A stretch of DNA of 64,000 nucleotides from the NCBI GenBank assembly GCA_964016885.1, contig OZ024740.1, positions 365,490,001-365,554,000 of the forward strand, written 5' to 3'. A model generated the notes under the pieces. That model saw only the letters and a list, made by a program, of their open reading frames with translations, did no database searches and had not been told where the DNA came from. The position numbers were made by a program, and so were the translations under genes. Shown here piece after piece: positions 32,434 through 46,859 of this stretch. Positions within the stretch are counted from its first letter, which is position 1. Each line of letters starts with the position of its first letter. This DNA comes from Eledone cirrhosa (lineage: Eukaryota).

Positions 32434-32796
32434 GAGACCTGCCAACCTCTAAAAACCCAAACGTGGAGTATCATGAAAAAAAGAGCCTCCAAATGGGGAG
32501 AAATTAGGCAAAATGGGGAGATTTTACATAATGAAATCTACCGTATTTATCGGCGCCGAAGATGCTTTATTCTCGAGAACGCACCTTAATTTTGAAACCA
32601 AAAATTTGAAAAAAAATAATATACTACCTTCGGCTTCCAGGACGCATGGTAGATTTTTGAGACTTATTTTAGCCAAAAAACAGCGTCTTCGACGCCGAGA
32701 AATACGGTATACCCATTTTCACAAGAGAAGACATCTTTCACCCACGCCAAAGTGGGTGTGAGATCTCCTCTCGGACGGAGAGAGTTGACAGGTCTG
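32434..32796. mobile_element. MITE with hAT-like terminal inverted repeats (TIRs)
   Basis: AGACCTGCCAAC ... GTTGACAGGTCT; no clear target-site duplication. Confidence 0.6.
32541..32707. mobile_element. Tc2/pogo-like MITE nested in the hAT-like MITE
   Basis: TA|CCGTATTTATCGGCGCCGAAGA ... TCTTCGACGCCGAGAAATACGG|TA. Confidence 0.8.
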
Positions 32797-33079
32797 ATGT
32801 ATGTATGTATTGGTAGTTAGATGGAGAGGAGGAGGATATCCACGCCCTTTTATACGAGCTAATAAAGATATATTGTTAAAGTTTATATGGTTGGAGTTCT
32901 ACCTGAAAGTTTGTACGTGGGTGGTAATTGGAAAAAAAAATAGAGCCAATGTTCTATGGAGATACAAAGTGTATATGTAATGGCAATTTGTTGTATGCAT
33001 GTAATTATAAATACATAGATACATGCATGTATATACGTATGTATGTATGGGCATAGATATTTGTATACGTACGTGTGTG

Positions 33080-33111
<32 letters not shown>

Positions 33112-33297
33112 GGGGGAGGGGTGTATTCGCGCGTGAGTATACACGCACACATACACGTATATACATATATATGTAAATATAACATATATACGTACATGCA
33201 CAAACACACACAGACATACCCCCCCCACATATATATATATATATTATCAAAGTTAGAATAAATATATATGTATATATCTATTGATATGTTCTCTCCT

Positions 33298-33363
<66 letters not shown>

Positions 33364-33529
33364 CGTTTGTATGTACACGTGCGTGTCTACTGGAGGAATT
33401 TACATACATTTGTATGCGTATATCCTTTCCGTCTGAATGATTTCTTACGAAAGTATCTGCACTCATATCCGTAAAACACCAAACCTCACACACACACCCC
33501 ACGTCAATAATGTTACACATGAGAAAGAG

Positions 33530-33640
33530 GGGCGGGAGATAGATATATAGATAGATAGATAGAGAGAGAAGGGGGGGGATTGACATGCAGAAGGGGGTGT
33601 CAGAGAGAGCGGGGGAGATATATAGATATATAGATAGATA

Positions 33641-33716
<76 letters not shown>

Positions 33717-33764
33717 GGGGGAAGATTCACATGCAGAAGGGGGTGTCAGAGAGAGAGGGGGGGG

Positions 33765-33796
<32 letters not shown>

Positions 33797-34093
33797 TGTT
33801 TCTTTTATTTGCCACCAGGGCATCAAAAGTGGGACAAGTACAATGGGGGGAGTTTACAAAACAAGGCGTCCTCAATAAGGAGGAGGCAATAACAATATAT
33901 AAAAATAAAATAAAATATAACAAAAAATAAAATTTATAACAAAGTCCTCAATAGAGAGGAGGCGCCTTGGGGGGTCGCACACCCCCCCGAAAAAAGTGTG
34001 TAACCCTTCTCCTCAGGAGCACAGAGAAGGGGTGCTCCCTTGGTCTTTCATCTTCCTCACCTATAGTCTGATGTAGAGTGAAGGCCCATTCAC

Positions 34094-34144
<51 letters not shown>

Positions 34145-34208
34145 GGGAGAGAGAGAGAGAGAGAAGGGGGGGATTGACATACAGAAGGGGTGTCAGAGAG
34201 AGAGGGGG

Positions 34209-34239
<31 letters not shown>

Positions 34240-34923
34240 GGGAGAGAGAGAGAGAGAGAAGGGGGGGGGGATTGACATGCAGAAGGGGTGTCAGAGAGAG
34301 AGGGGGAGATAGATAGATAGATAGATAGAGGGAGAGAGAGAGAGAGAAGAGGGGGATTGACATGCAGAAGGGGTGTCAGAGAGAGAGGGGGAGATAGATA
34401 GATAGATAGATAGATAGAGGGAGAGAGAGAGAGAGAGAAGGGGGGGATTGACATGCAGAAGGGGTGTCAGAGAGAGAGGGGGAGATAGATAGATAGATAG
34501 ATAGATAGAGGGAGAGAGAGAGAGAGAAGGGGGGGATTGACATGCAGAAGGGGTGTCAGAGAGAGAGGGGGAGATAGATAGATAGATAGATAGAGGGAGA
34601 GAGAGAGAGAGAGAAGGGGGGATTGACATGCAGAAGGGGTGTCAGAGAGAGAGGGGGAGATAGATAGATAGATAGATAGAGGGAGAGAGAGAGAGAGAGA
34701 AGGAGGGGGATTGACATGCAGAAGGGGTGTCAGAGAGAGAGGGGGAGATAGATAGATAGATAGATAGAGGGAGAGAGAGAGAGAGAAGGGGGGGGGTGAC
34801 ATGCAGAAGGGGTGTCAGAGAGAGAGGGGGAGATAGATAGATAGATAGATAGAGGGAGAGAGAGAGAGAGAGAGAGAGAAGGGGGGGATTGACATGCAGA
34901 AGGGGTGTCAGAGAGAGAGGGGG

Positions 34924-34954
<31 letters not shown>

Positions 34955-35023
34955 GGGAGAGAGAGAGAGAGAGAGAAGGGGGGGGGGATTGACATGCAGA
35001 AGGGGTGTCAGAGAGAGAGGGGG

Positions 35024-35066
<43 letters not shown>

Positions 35067-36110
35067 GGGAGAGAGAGAGAGAGAAGGGGGGGGGGATTGA
35101 CATGCAGAAGGGGTGTCAGAGAGAGAGGGGGAGATAGATAGATAGAGGGAGAGAGAGAGAGAGAGAAGGGGGGGGATTGACATGCAGAAGGGGTGTCAGA
35201 GAGAGAGGGGGAGATAGATAGATAGATAGATAGAGGGAGAGAGAGAGAGAGAGAAGGGGGGGGGATTGACATGCAGAAGGGGTGTCAGAGAGAGAGGGGG
35301 AGATAGATAGATAGATAGAGGGAGAGAGAGAGAGAGAGAGGGGGGGGGGATTGACATGCAGAAGGGGTGTCAGAGAGAGAGGGGGAGATAGATAGATAGA
35401 TAGATAGAGGGAGAGAGAGAGAGAGAGAAGGGGGGGGGGGATTGACATGCAGAAGGGGTGTCAGAGAGAGAGGGGGAGATAGATAGATAGATAGATAGAG
35501 GGAGAGAGAGAGAGAGAGAAGGGGGGGGTTGACATGCAGAAGGGGTGTCAGAGAGAGAGGGGGAGATAGATAGATAGATAGATAGAGGGAGAGAGAGAGA
35601 GAGAGAAGGGGGGGGATTGACATGCAGAAGGGGTGCAGAGAGAGAGGGGGAGATAGATAGATAGATAGATAGAGGGAGAGAGAGAGAGAGAGAGAAGGGG
35701 GGGGATTGACATGCAGAAGGGGTGTCAGAGAGAGAGGCAGATTGACAGACAAACAGACTGACTGACTGACAGACATGCAGAAGAGAGGTGACAGTGACAG
35801 AGAGACAGAGAGACAGACAGACAGACAGACTGATTGACTGACAGATAGAGCGACTGACAGACATGCAGAAGGGAGGTGACAGTGACAGAGAGACAGAGAG
35901 ACAGACAGACAGACAGACTGATTGACTGACAGATAGAGCGACTGACAGACATGCAGAAGGGAGGTGACAGTGACAGACAGACAGACAGACGACAGACAGA
36001 CAGAGAGATTGACAGACTGACAGACTGACTGACAGATAGAGCGACTGACAGACATGCAGAAGGGAGGTGACAGTGACAGAGAGAGAGGGAGAGAGAGAGA
36101 GAGAGAGAGA
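33530..36110. repeat. Compound minisatellite, ~80-100 bp units
   Basis: (GATA)n-(GA)n-Gn-ATTGACATGCAGAAGGGGTGTCA in about 20 copies, grading into GACA-rich variants after 35740. Confidence 0.95.
33797..34093 (-). mobile_element. Probable 3' end of a retroelement inserted in (GATA)n
   Basis: Unique 300 bp flanked by (GATA)n on both sides; minus strand ends AATAAAagaaaca-(TATC)n. Confidence 0.5.
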
Positions 36111-36233
36111 GGATGGTGTGACGAAGACATGCTGTTCTCAGTAGACCAGCTTTTTATCCACCTACGCCATTTCTGTAAACTTTCAAATATGTAAACTCAC
36201 TCAACACTAATATATAAAACTTTATTCGATTAA

Positions 36234-36540
36234 CACCACCACCACTTACACAGCCCTTACATCACCGCCACCATTCACCACCAATTACACCTCCACCACC
36301 ACAACTTACACCACTCCCCATCACTTACACCTCGGCTACCACCACCACTACGACCACCAGTTACACCACCCTCCTTCAATTACACCTTCACCATCAACAC
36401 CAGTTACACTACTACCACCTACACTACCGCAACCAATAACACCACCACCACCATCACTTACACCACCACCACCATCACTTACAACTCGGTCACCACCACC
36501 ACCACCAACACCTACCCTGCCACCACCACCATCACATCAC
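36234..36540. repeat. Degenerate (CAC)n repeat
   Basis: Read directly. Confidence 0.85.
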
Positions 36541-37351
36541 GACCCCATTCCGCATAAGTGATGTCCACTTATTGCATTATGAAGATTGATACCTACATTA
36601 ATCCACCTATTAAATAAATGGCTGTGGGGAACCCCTTAGAGAGACACGTGTGGATATAAATGACTTTCGATACGAAACTTTGGTCTCTCTACAACATTGG
36701 CAACATTGGAGCAGGTAAGAACTTCAATTTTATTACTTTTAAACTACAGCATAAGTGTCATGACCAATATATTCATATACACAAGCACGCACACACACAC
36801 ACAGCCACACACACACATACATATACTGTACATACACCACACGCACACGCAATCATACCCAACTACAAATTAGTACATAGGCATAAATACATATATTACT
36901 ATCGGAGTTCAAAGCTCACCGAGATCGACGTTGCCTTTCGTCTTTCCGGGTTTAGTTAATAAAAAAATAAAAAAATGAATTTTCTAATTTTTGACTCCGT
37001 CTCTCCCCATCTCTCACTATTATGAGTAAATGGGGGCCCACGCGCTGGCCGCCCCGGCGGACAGAATAGAGAAGGCGTTTCCCCGGAGAAGGGTGGGGGA
37101 GACGCGCTGGAAGTACTAAGGGTGGAGGATTAATGGAATTGTTCGAGCGTTGAGCAAAATATCTTGTTTCAGTTCTTTGCCGCCGGAGTTCGCTTGCAAT
37201 AACTTAGTGGCCAAGCTGTATTGATATTGATCCTTCATTTTAGACCAGATTCATAGGCAACTGATAATGATCGATTTTTTTAAATATTGCTCGAGTCTAT
37301 ACTCTGTGGGGAACTTACCAAGTGCAGACACGGTCAACCTTATATATATAT

Positions 37352-38758
37352 AACGCGTAGATTACTTCCCTTGCTTTTATCGAGAATCTAATTGTAATAC
37401 GTGACGTATTCTATTCTATAGCGATTAGGTCTTCAAAATGTTTATTATAAACATACAGAATATTTTCGAATATTCTATGTCTATATTCACATATATATCG
37501 CTATTTCAGAGCATTTATTCCAATTTCTAATTTCTGCCGGACCGGCAACCGCTCTTTCAAACCAGTTCCTGTACACAGCTAAGTATTCTATAAGTCTCTA
37601 GCTGTGTCATTCTCGATAAAAGCACTGGATATGTAGTCCTGATGAATTCTAACAAGAATGAAACGCGTAGATTACTTCCCTTGCTTTTATCGAGAATCTA
37701 ATTGTAATACGTGACGTATTCTATTCTATAGCGATTAGGTCTTCAAAATGTTTATTATAAACATACAGAATATTTTCGAATATTCTATGTCTATATTCAC
37801 ATATATATCGCTATTTCAGAGCATTTATTCCAATTTCTAATTTCTGCCGGACCGGCAACCGCTCTTTCAAACCAGTTCCTGTACACAGCTAAGTATTCTA
37901 TAAGTCTCTAGCTGTGTCATTCTCGATAAAAGCACTGGATATGTAGTCCTGATGAATTCTAACAAGAATGAAACGCGTAGATTACTTCCCTTGCTTTTAT
38001 CGAGAATCTAATTGTAATACGTGACGTATTCTATTCTATAGCGATTAGGTCTTCAAAATGTTTATTATAAACATACAGAATATTTTCGAATATTCTATGT
38101 CTATATTCACATATATATCGCTATTTCAGAGCATTTATTCCAATTTCTAATTTCTGCCGGACCGGCAACCGCTCTTTCAAACCAGTTCCTGTACACAGCT
38201 AAGTATTCTATAAGTCTCTAGCTGTGTCATTCTCGATAAAAGCACTGGATATGTAGTCCTGATGAATTCTAACAAGAATGAAACGCGTAGATTACTTCCC
38301 TTGCTTTTATCGAGAATCTAATTGTAATACGTGACGTATTCTATTCTATAGCGATTAGGTCTTCAAAATGTTTATTATAAACATACAGAATATTTTCGAA
38401 TATTCTATGTCTATATTCACATATATATCGCTATTTCAGAGCATTTATTCCAATTTCTAATTTCTGCCGGACCGGCAACCGCTCTTTCAAACCAGTTCCT
38501 GTACACAGCTAAGTATTCTATAAGTCTCTAGCTGTGTCATTCTCGATAAAAGCACTGGATATGTAGTCCTGATGAATTCTAACAAGAATGAAACGCGTAG
38601 ATTACTTCCCTTGCTTTTATCGAGAATCTAATTGTAATACGTGACGTATTCTATTCTATAGCGATTAGGTCTTCAAAATGTTTATTATAAACATACAGAA
38701 TATTTTCGAATATTCTATGTCTATATTCACATATATATCGCTATTTCAGAGCATTTAT

Positions 38759-38764
<6 letters not shown>
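37352..38764 (+). mobile_element. Retrozyme-like tandem array: 4.55 copies of a 310-bp unit
   Basis: Exact period 310, apparently identical copies, TA-flanked. HHRs at 37633, 37943, 38253 and 38563. Confidence 0.94.
37633..37675 (+). ncRNA. Type I hammerhead ribozyme (310-bp unit)
   Basis: gtagtc-CTGATGA-attc.taacaa.gaat-GAAAC-gc-GTA^-gattac. Helix I is extended by attctcgataaaagca/tgcttttatcgagaat. Confidence 0.94.
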
Positions 38765-38792
<28 letters not shown>

Positions 38793-38949
38793 GGAGATCT
38801 ATGTAAAATTTTTACATAGATCTATATGATATACATACCAACACACACATATATATCCTAGAAACGATCGTAAAATGATGAATTTTTTAATATAAGGAAC
38901 TGTTTCTTTGTTTTTATTCATTGTTTTTATTAATTTATATATATATATA

Positions 38950-40034
<1,085 letters not shown>

Positions 40035-40129
40035 GTCCTGTAACTCATGAGGGAATCGTAGGGACACCGCTTTGACATACGGCGTTCTTGAGTATTTTAA
40101 AACCATATATATATATATATATATATATG

Positions 40130-40520
40130 ACAAAATTTGTGCAAAGGAAGGTCAAATTTTTATTTAGGCTATTTTTAAGAAAAATCGTGCAAATGCCAGC
40201 CCCGCCCCTCCACACACACTCAATCATACACACAAAGTTCAATTCTTTTAAGTCCATGATGGTTTTCAAAATGTTTGATGTAGGCCCGTGAATTTCTGTT
40301 CAGATGTTTCCCATGAGAAGTTGTATGATTCTTGACTTAGTGACATATAACATATCTTATAAGTATCTCTAAAAGCTACAAAACTTGGCGGAGTCAGGTC
40401 TGGAAAGTGTACAGGCCTATTAATTTCTGATTTCTTAGAAATTAGGCAATTACAGCGTGAAAGAGACACTTTAGTCATTCAAAAACACACAAAATCTGTT
40501 CAAACTTTAGACACCAGACC
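40130..40520 (-). pseudogene. Tc1/mariner transposase C-terminal relic
   Basis: RPVHFPDLTPPSF resembles WPPRSPDLTPLDF; frameshifted downstream. Confidence 0.55.
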
Positions 40521-40659
40521 TTCTGAAATCTCCACTGGTTCTACAATAGAAATCTGTTTATTTTAAATAGTTTATATTTATCTAAAATATTATGTAAGGA
40601 CTTTTATGTTCAGCTTAATAATTGTTCCTACTTTTTATACTTTATGTTCAGCCTAATAA

Positions 40660-40876
40660 GGATTTCTTATATAGGCACAAAGCCAGCAATTTTGGGGAAG
40701 GGGAAAGTCGATTAAATCGACCCCAGTGCGTGACTGGTAATTTATTTTATCGACCCCGTAAGGATGAAAGCGAAGTTAACCTCGGCGGGATTTGAACTCA
40801 GACTGTAAAGGACCGTAACTCTGTGCTGCAAAGCATGGCATCCGACCCTCTACCGATATTGCCAATCCACCGCCCT
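40660..40876 (-). mobile_element. tRNA-derived SINE with Meta-like central domain
   Basis: Minus strand GAGTTCAAATCCCGCCGAGG..CTTTCATCCTTACGGGGTCGATAAAATAA. Decayed relatives near 36900, 40940 and 47175. Confidence 0.78.
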
Positions 40877-41055
40877 CTGTTCAGCTTAATAATGAAAACA
40901 TTATATGACTAATCAGGTCAAATTTTTTATTATTTTATGACAAAGTTGATTTCGGCATGATTTGAAACTCAGAGAGCAAAAATGAATACCGAAAATCATT
41001 TTGGCTACCATAGTCAAAATACGACGAACGCTTCTAATTCAATTTTCAAATTTTA

Positions 41056-41087
<32 letters not shown>

Positions 41088-41090
<3 letters not shown>

Positions 41091-41638
41091 ATTAATGAAA
41101 ACAAATTATTATTCTTTCATCAAAAAACCGTGTTCATTCTCTTACAATCGTTTCGAATGAGATATGAGGACCTCGAATTATTCGAAGTGTTGGTAAAAAT
41201 TCGTTTCATATAGTCATGTCAATCTATAAGTTTCGATCTATCTACCTATCTATATATTACTAAAACTCTCTGATTGCTTGCTTGCTTGCTTGTCTGTAAT
41301 ACAGCTAAAAGGGCGCATAATGGGAAAATACTTTGAAAGGAAGTTGCCTCTGAAATGGGAATACAAATGGAATAAAACAAGTTTCGTGTAAATCAAAGCA
41401 TGTGTTCCCGAGATATGGTGTTTTCTGGGTACCTTCATAAACAGAAAGAGAGAAAGATTGAGAGAAAGAGATAGTGGTTGTGAGAGAGTAGATTGAAAGA
41501 GAGACATAGAGAGAGGGAGAAGAGACAGAGAAAAAGCATGGAAAAGAGAGAGAGAGCTGGTGGTGTTGTTGTGTATATATATATGTGTGTGTATATGCGT
41601 GTGTGTGTCTACGACCAGTGTATATAGATCACAGACAC

Positions 41639-41687
<49 letters not shown>

Positions 41688-42169
41688 CACACACACATAC
41701 ACACTCGTATATATATGGGCCTTCCAGTTTCATTTCACATCATATACATTATGTATATTTTAATTATTCAAAAATTATTTTTAAGTGAACATGATTTAAA
41801 AAAAATATTTTGAGGTGAACGTGACCCAACGGGTCACGGGTGGTCTAGTATACTACTAAAACTCTCTGATTGCTTGCTTGCTTGTCTGTAATTAATACAG
41901 CCAAAAGGGCACATAATGGGAAAATACTTTAAAAGGAAGTTGACCCTGAAATGAGAATACAAATGAAATAAAACAAGTTTCGCGTAAATCCGAGCACGGA
42001 TTCCCGAGATATGGGTTTTTTTCCGGGTACCTTCATAAATAGAGAAAGATAAAGATAGAGAGGAAGAGATAGTGGTTGTAAGAGAGTAGATTGAAAGAGA
42101 GACATAGAGAAAGAGAGAGGAAAGCAAGAAGGAGAATGGAAGAGAGCTGGTGGTGTTGTTGTGTATGTG

Positions 42170-42208
<39 letters not shown>

Positions 42209-42752
42209 ATGTATATATATATGTGTGTGTGTGTCTATGACCAGTGTATATAGATCAGAGACATCCACATATATATACACACACACATCTATATATATAC
42301 ATACACACACGTATATATATGGGTCTTCCAGTTTCATTTCACATTATATACATGTCTGTCTATATTTTAATTATTTAAAAATTATTTTTAAGTGAACATG
42401 ATTTTAAAAAAACATTTTGAAGTAAACGTGACTGAACGTCTATGTCTAAAACCAAAATGTCAACATACGACGAGCGTGCGAAATACAAAATCCGGAAAAA
42501 ATTTGTTCTAAGATAAACGTAATCCAAAATTTTCAGTGAAAAAATGTCACCAACGACTGTCTTGTTCTTTCAGAGGAGAATGAATTATGACCTAGTAGAC
42601 ATATATCTAAAATTTATAGCTTGACATGACTTTATGAAACGAATTTTTTACCAACACTTCGAATAATTCGAGGACATATCTCATTCGAAACGATTGTAAG
42701 AGAATAAATACAGTTTTTTTTTTATGAAAGAAGAAGAATTTTGCATTAATAC
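41088..42752. mobile_element. MITE with ~135-bp TIRs that hosts a Helitron dimer
   Basis: 41088-41222 is the reverse complement of 42621-42752. Confidence 0.75.
41249..42440 (+). mobile_element. Non-autonomous Helitron, tandem dimer (41249-41848 and 41849-42440)
   Basis: A|TC 5' end, (TTGC)n subterminal repeat, 3' hairpin cgtgacc-caacg-ggtcacg followed by CTAG|T at 41845-41849. The second copy is diverged. Confidence 0.82.
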
Positions 42753-42931
42753 CTTAGTCTATATATGTTCAGCATTTATATGTATAACCACTTTTCCATG
42801 TTAATATCTCTTCTTCTTCAAAAGTTTATATATTATATAAACGCATTGAGCTATTCCTAAAAGCTGGCAATTACATTCTATAATTTTAATTCTCTACTGT
42901 CCTTTGATAATTGTTTATATAGTTCTACCTT

Positions 42932-42996
<65 letters not shown>

Positions 42997-43446
42997 TATA
43001 GTAAGGTGTATTATTGGTTGTGTCAAACGGTCCAATAAATTTTTGTTACCAATATTAAATTCTCCACGTTTTAGTATATCTCCAATTCCATTTATGGGAA
43101 CAGCTAGATGATGTAAAACGGAGTATTTGTATCAAATACTAACTGAGGACGATAGCAGTCGCCGTGTCTTGACTGCTTGATCTTCATATGAGGAACTAAA
43201 CTCTGTAGGTGAACACCGTTAATTTTCTCCCTCATATCAAGGATTTGAAGACAATTCATTTTCACATGACGAGATCAGTGATAATCGATCATGGCTACAC
43301 GCTCAATCTATCTCTTATTGAAACATGTTGAAACAATATTAATAACAACATTCGATTCGTTTGCAATTATGCAAACAAGCCTCAATTGTATAGCCATGTC
43401 AGTAGAATGAACACTTCATTCTTGCTCTTGTGTTGGCATGCGAACT

Positions 43447-43496
43447 GAACTGCAGACACTAATATTTCTGGGTATCACCCTTCATCAGTACAGTTC
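43447..43496 (-). ncRNA. Type I hammerhead ribozyme
   Basis: gaactgta-CTGATGA-a.ggg.tgata.ccc.a-GAAA-tattagt-GTC^-tgcagttc; 8-bp helix I. Confidence 0.82.
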
Positions 43497-43532
43497 ACTG
43501 GTCACCTGCCAAACTGTCAGAGCTAGTGAAAA

Positions 43533-43647
43533 TATATGCTATTTTTAAAAATACACAGTGACTGATCGGCTTGATTTGCATATTAGCAGACTGGTTGATC
43601 GGTCAGATCTGCATATTAGCAGATCCACTGATCAGCCGGATTTGCAT
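43533..43647 (-). promoter_or_regulatory. Triple octamer repeat (33-bp period) plus TATA upstream of HHR
   Basis: On the minus strand, ATGCAAAT at 43640-43647 and 43574-43581, ATGCAGAT at 43607-43614, TATA at 43533-43536. Confidence 0.55.
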
Positions 43648-43899
43648 ATCAGCAGACTGTACGATAAAGTTATTTTGTCTCTACCCACAACCTACTCCTA
43701 CACCTCAGTCACCTGCTTTTCGATTTTCTCACTACTATCAAACTCCTCAAGCTTAATTCTCTCCTTCATTCCACCTCCACGGTATCCCCCACTTCACCAG
43801 TACACACGCATGCATCCAACAAACACTCACCTCCCACCTTGCTTCTCCCATTTCTCAGCCGCCACGCGCACCTACAACACACCCTCTGAGGAGGGTTTG

Positions 43900-44800
43900 A
43901 TAACTCCGTATTAAACCCTCCTGACCCGAACTCCACCCCCATCAAACCCACAACCAGCCCACAACCTGTTGTCACTCTACCCACTGACCTTCCCTTCTCC
44001 GGATCTGAGCGCTCACTCCTCAGTCGAGGTCTGCATTTCATATCCCTAACATCTTCCGGCGATGAATTTCTGAACCACTCCGATGTCGAACGGTTTCTGC
44101 ACCGAACAAAATTGCAGGACCATTTTTATCGGAACATACCGGCTCCGAACAACTCTAGTCACTTTGATGAGCTGGATCGGGGACCATCACACTGGACGCC
44201 GCCCCCGGACAATTCAGTGCCATAGGCACGTTCGTTGACGCCTGCCATCTATATATATAAAACTGAGGATGTCTGTCTGTGTTTGTGTGAGTTTGAATCC
44301 CTAAAACTAGAGAAGCACCCAACCGACTGTTTTCAAACTTTACACGTGTAATACTTATGTTTCAGGGAGTGTTCTGAGCAAAACAATTTCAAATTTTCAA
44401 TGCCCTAGGGACCGCATCAAGCGATTTAGCGATCTCTTCTATAATTCTTAGTATTTCTTTTCATCGTCGCCGCATGCAATTGTCCAACTGAACTGGTTTC
44501 GGCTTTCCTGGACTCCATCCTTTAATCCCTGATATCCATCTTACCATCCCACATCTCTGACACTAACCACACCCTTTTTGACTTCTTTTTGACTCCTTCA
44601 TCTTCCAATCTGGTCTACCACTCCTTCTTGTCACACTCGATATCATGTCCCTCTATACAGTCATCCCCCCACGCCGAGGGCCTCATGGCCCTCCAGCATT
44701 TCCACGACCTTCGCCCATCGCCTCAACCTTCCCTTCAACCTTATCCACCTGACCGAACTGGTCCTCATCCGCAACCATATCTTTTTCTCGGGTGATGTAT
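43900..44800 (+). pseudogene. Decayed Neptune-like PLE RT, interrupted at 44249-44460
   Basis: VVTLPTDLPFSGSERSLLSRGLHFI; IVAACNCPTELVSAFLDSIL; TLDIMSLYTVIPHAEGL. Confidence 0.82.
44249..44460 (+). mobile_element. Helitron-like 5' fragment
   Basis: A|TCTATATATATAAAACTG followed by (GTCT)n; interrupts the PLE reading frame. Confidence 0.55.
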
Positions 44801-44829
44801 TTCGGTATGATATTAAAGAGAGCGGGGCC

Positions 44830-45583
44830 AGTTGAGGTGAAGTATGTGTTTCGTATCGTTGCTTGAGATGCGAGTTTGATGTTTGTAGAGGGGGGGGGGG
44901 GGGGACATGGGGACCAAGCCTTGGGTGGATTTTAAAGGTGATACCAACATCATTTAGTCAATATTGGTGGAATATTTTCCACATCATATAGATGATGTAG
45001 CGCTCACGGCGACGTTGGAGAGAGTAGAGTTGAGTTTTTCTAATCGACCCCAACAGTCAAGGCCTGTCATACCGCCTATCTTTTTATATAATTGACCTCT
45101 GGGTTGCTTCAATTTTCATAATACTTTGTTTCGTTTGAGGAGACCACAGTGAACAAGGGTATTCAAGCTGGAACTGGGAAATGGTTGAGTAGACTAGGAG
45201 GATGGTCTGAATTTATCTAGACCGGAAAATTCTGATAATCCAGGAATACATCCCGCGGGTCAAGTCAACTTTGATGTTTAAGCGAGTACTTCAGCTTAAG
45301 TTGTTAATAATTACTCCAAAGTCTCTAGTGTTATTTGAGGCATCGGTGGAAAAGAGTATGGTAACTTCAATGTATCCTCTTTTCCAAAGTGGATTAATTC
45401 AAATTTATCCTCGTTTAGTAGCATATTGTTTTTTGCTACCCATTGGATAACAGCAAGCAGATCTGATTGAAGGTCGTCCGGTCTCCCACTCCGTTGATGA
45501 CCTTCTGGGCCTTGGAATCATCTGCAAAAATCCTTATCTTGCTGTGCTTGATGACGTCTATAATGTTATTTATGTAAGGAGCT
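44830..45583 (-). pseudogene. CR1-like LINE RT 3' relic
   Basis: KIRIFADDSK; LQSDLLAVIQWVAKNNMLLNEDKFELIHFG; SLQRRRERY. Confidence 0.85.
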
Positions 45584-45664
45584 TAGATCTCACACACACA
45601 CACACGCGCACACACACATATATATATGAACAAATTCAGGACCTCGATGGCTGAGCTCCGACGT

Positions 45665-46859
45665 TTCTTTCTGTCGCTTAAAATTCCACACCTGGGCGAG
45701 AATACCACCAACGCTATCCGCAAGGCTATACGGAGGGAGGGCCTCGACATCCACCTGGCCCACTCGGGCCCCTCCCTGCGAAGATGGCTCTCTAGGAAAC
45801 CCGGGAAATCAACTGACGCGTGCTCCCTCAGAGACTGCCCGATGCGCCATGCGAACTGTTGCCTACGCACATACGTCGTGTATAAGATAGAATGTAACAA
45901 GTGCAACCAATACTATATAGGTAGCACAATCCGGCCGTTGCACATCCGGATCAAGGAACACACTAAAACCAGGGCCTCGTCTTTCCGGAAACACATAGCC
46001 AAATGCGGAAACAAAGACGGGAGGCCCATTGTCACAATTCTAGCGACAGAAAGAAACGTCGGCACATTACGTATCAAGGAAGCACTTTGGATCAAACGCC
46101 TAGGGCCACAGTTAAACAACCGATCCGAGAGAAGCGAAATGAGGTGGTTGGTTTAAGTTAACAAACGATGCAGCAACACACGCACACGCACAAGCGAGAC
46201 AGCAACACACGCACGCACACACACACAGTAGCATTCCACCATACGAACATACTACACTGCCAATACAGAGGAACAAGGCAACAACACACGCACACACACA
46301 CACAAACAAGCGAGACAACAACACACGCACACACACACACACACACAGTAACATTCACCAAACAGGCAGAGAATGGACTGACAGCTAGCGCCACCCCGCT
46401 CCTACAATTGAAAGAACTACTTCGGCCGCTGACCTCTGCGTGACCGACCCCATTTCACGCGCACGCGCGCTCTGCTGAATACCTCAGATATTCAAAACAA
46501 CGAACAGCGGAGGACACGTTTCGCACCTTTCCGAAAACAACCTCCCCCCCCCCCCTCGCAAAAACCCCCAGTTGATGGATGTGAATCCGAAATATATAGG
46601 GACAATTAAATCTCTCCTAAGGTAACTCTTTCTCGTGTTGTTATTTTTATTTTTATCCTTTACGCTCTTTCCTTCATTCCTCTACACGTTACAGTCTTAT
46701 ACACGCCACGCATCTCAACGTACACCCACTTACATCTCTCTCTCCACCACCGGATCTTGTTACCCGGAGATTTACCCATCTGCATTGTCGAGGCTTCCAA
46801 ACGACTTAAAGAAATTTACCTTATTATTCCACAATGCTTCAAGTAAACTTCAATACTCT

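Noticed and set aside
36550-37260. Possible host exons (cag|gtaaga near 36714; GC-rich patch at 37030-37120)
   Set aside because: No recognisable ORF or domain; splice-like motifs alone are insufficient.
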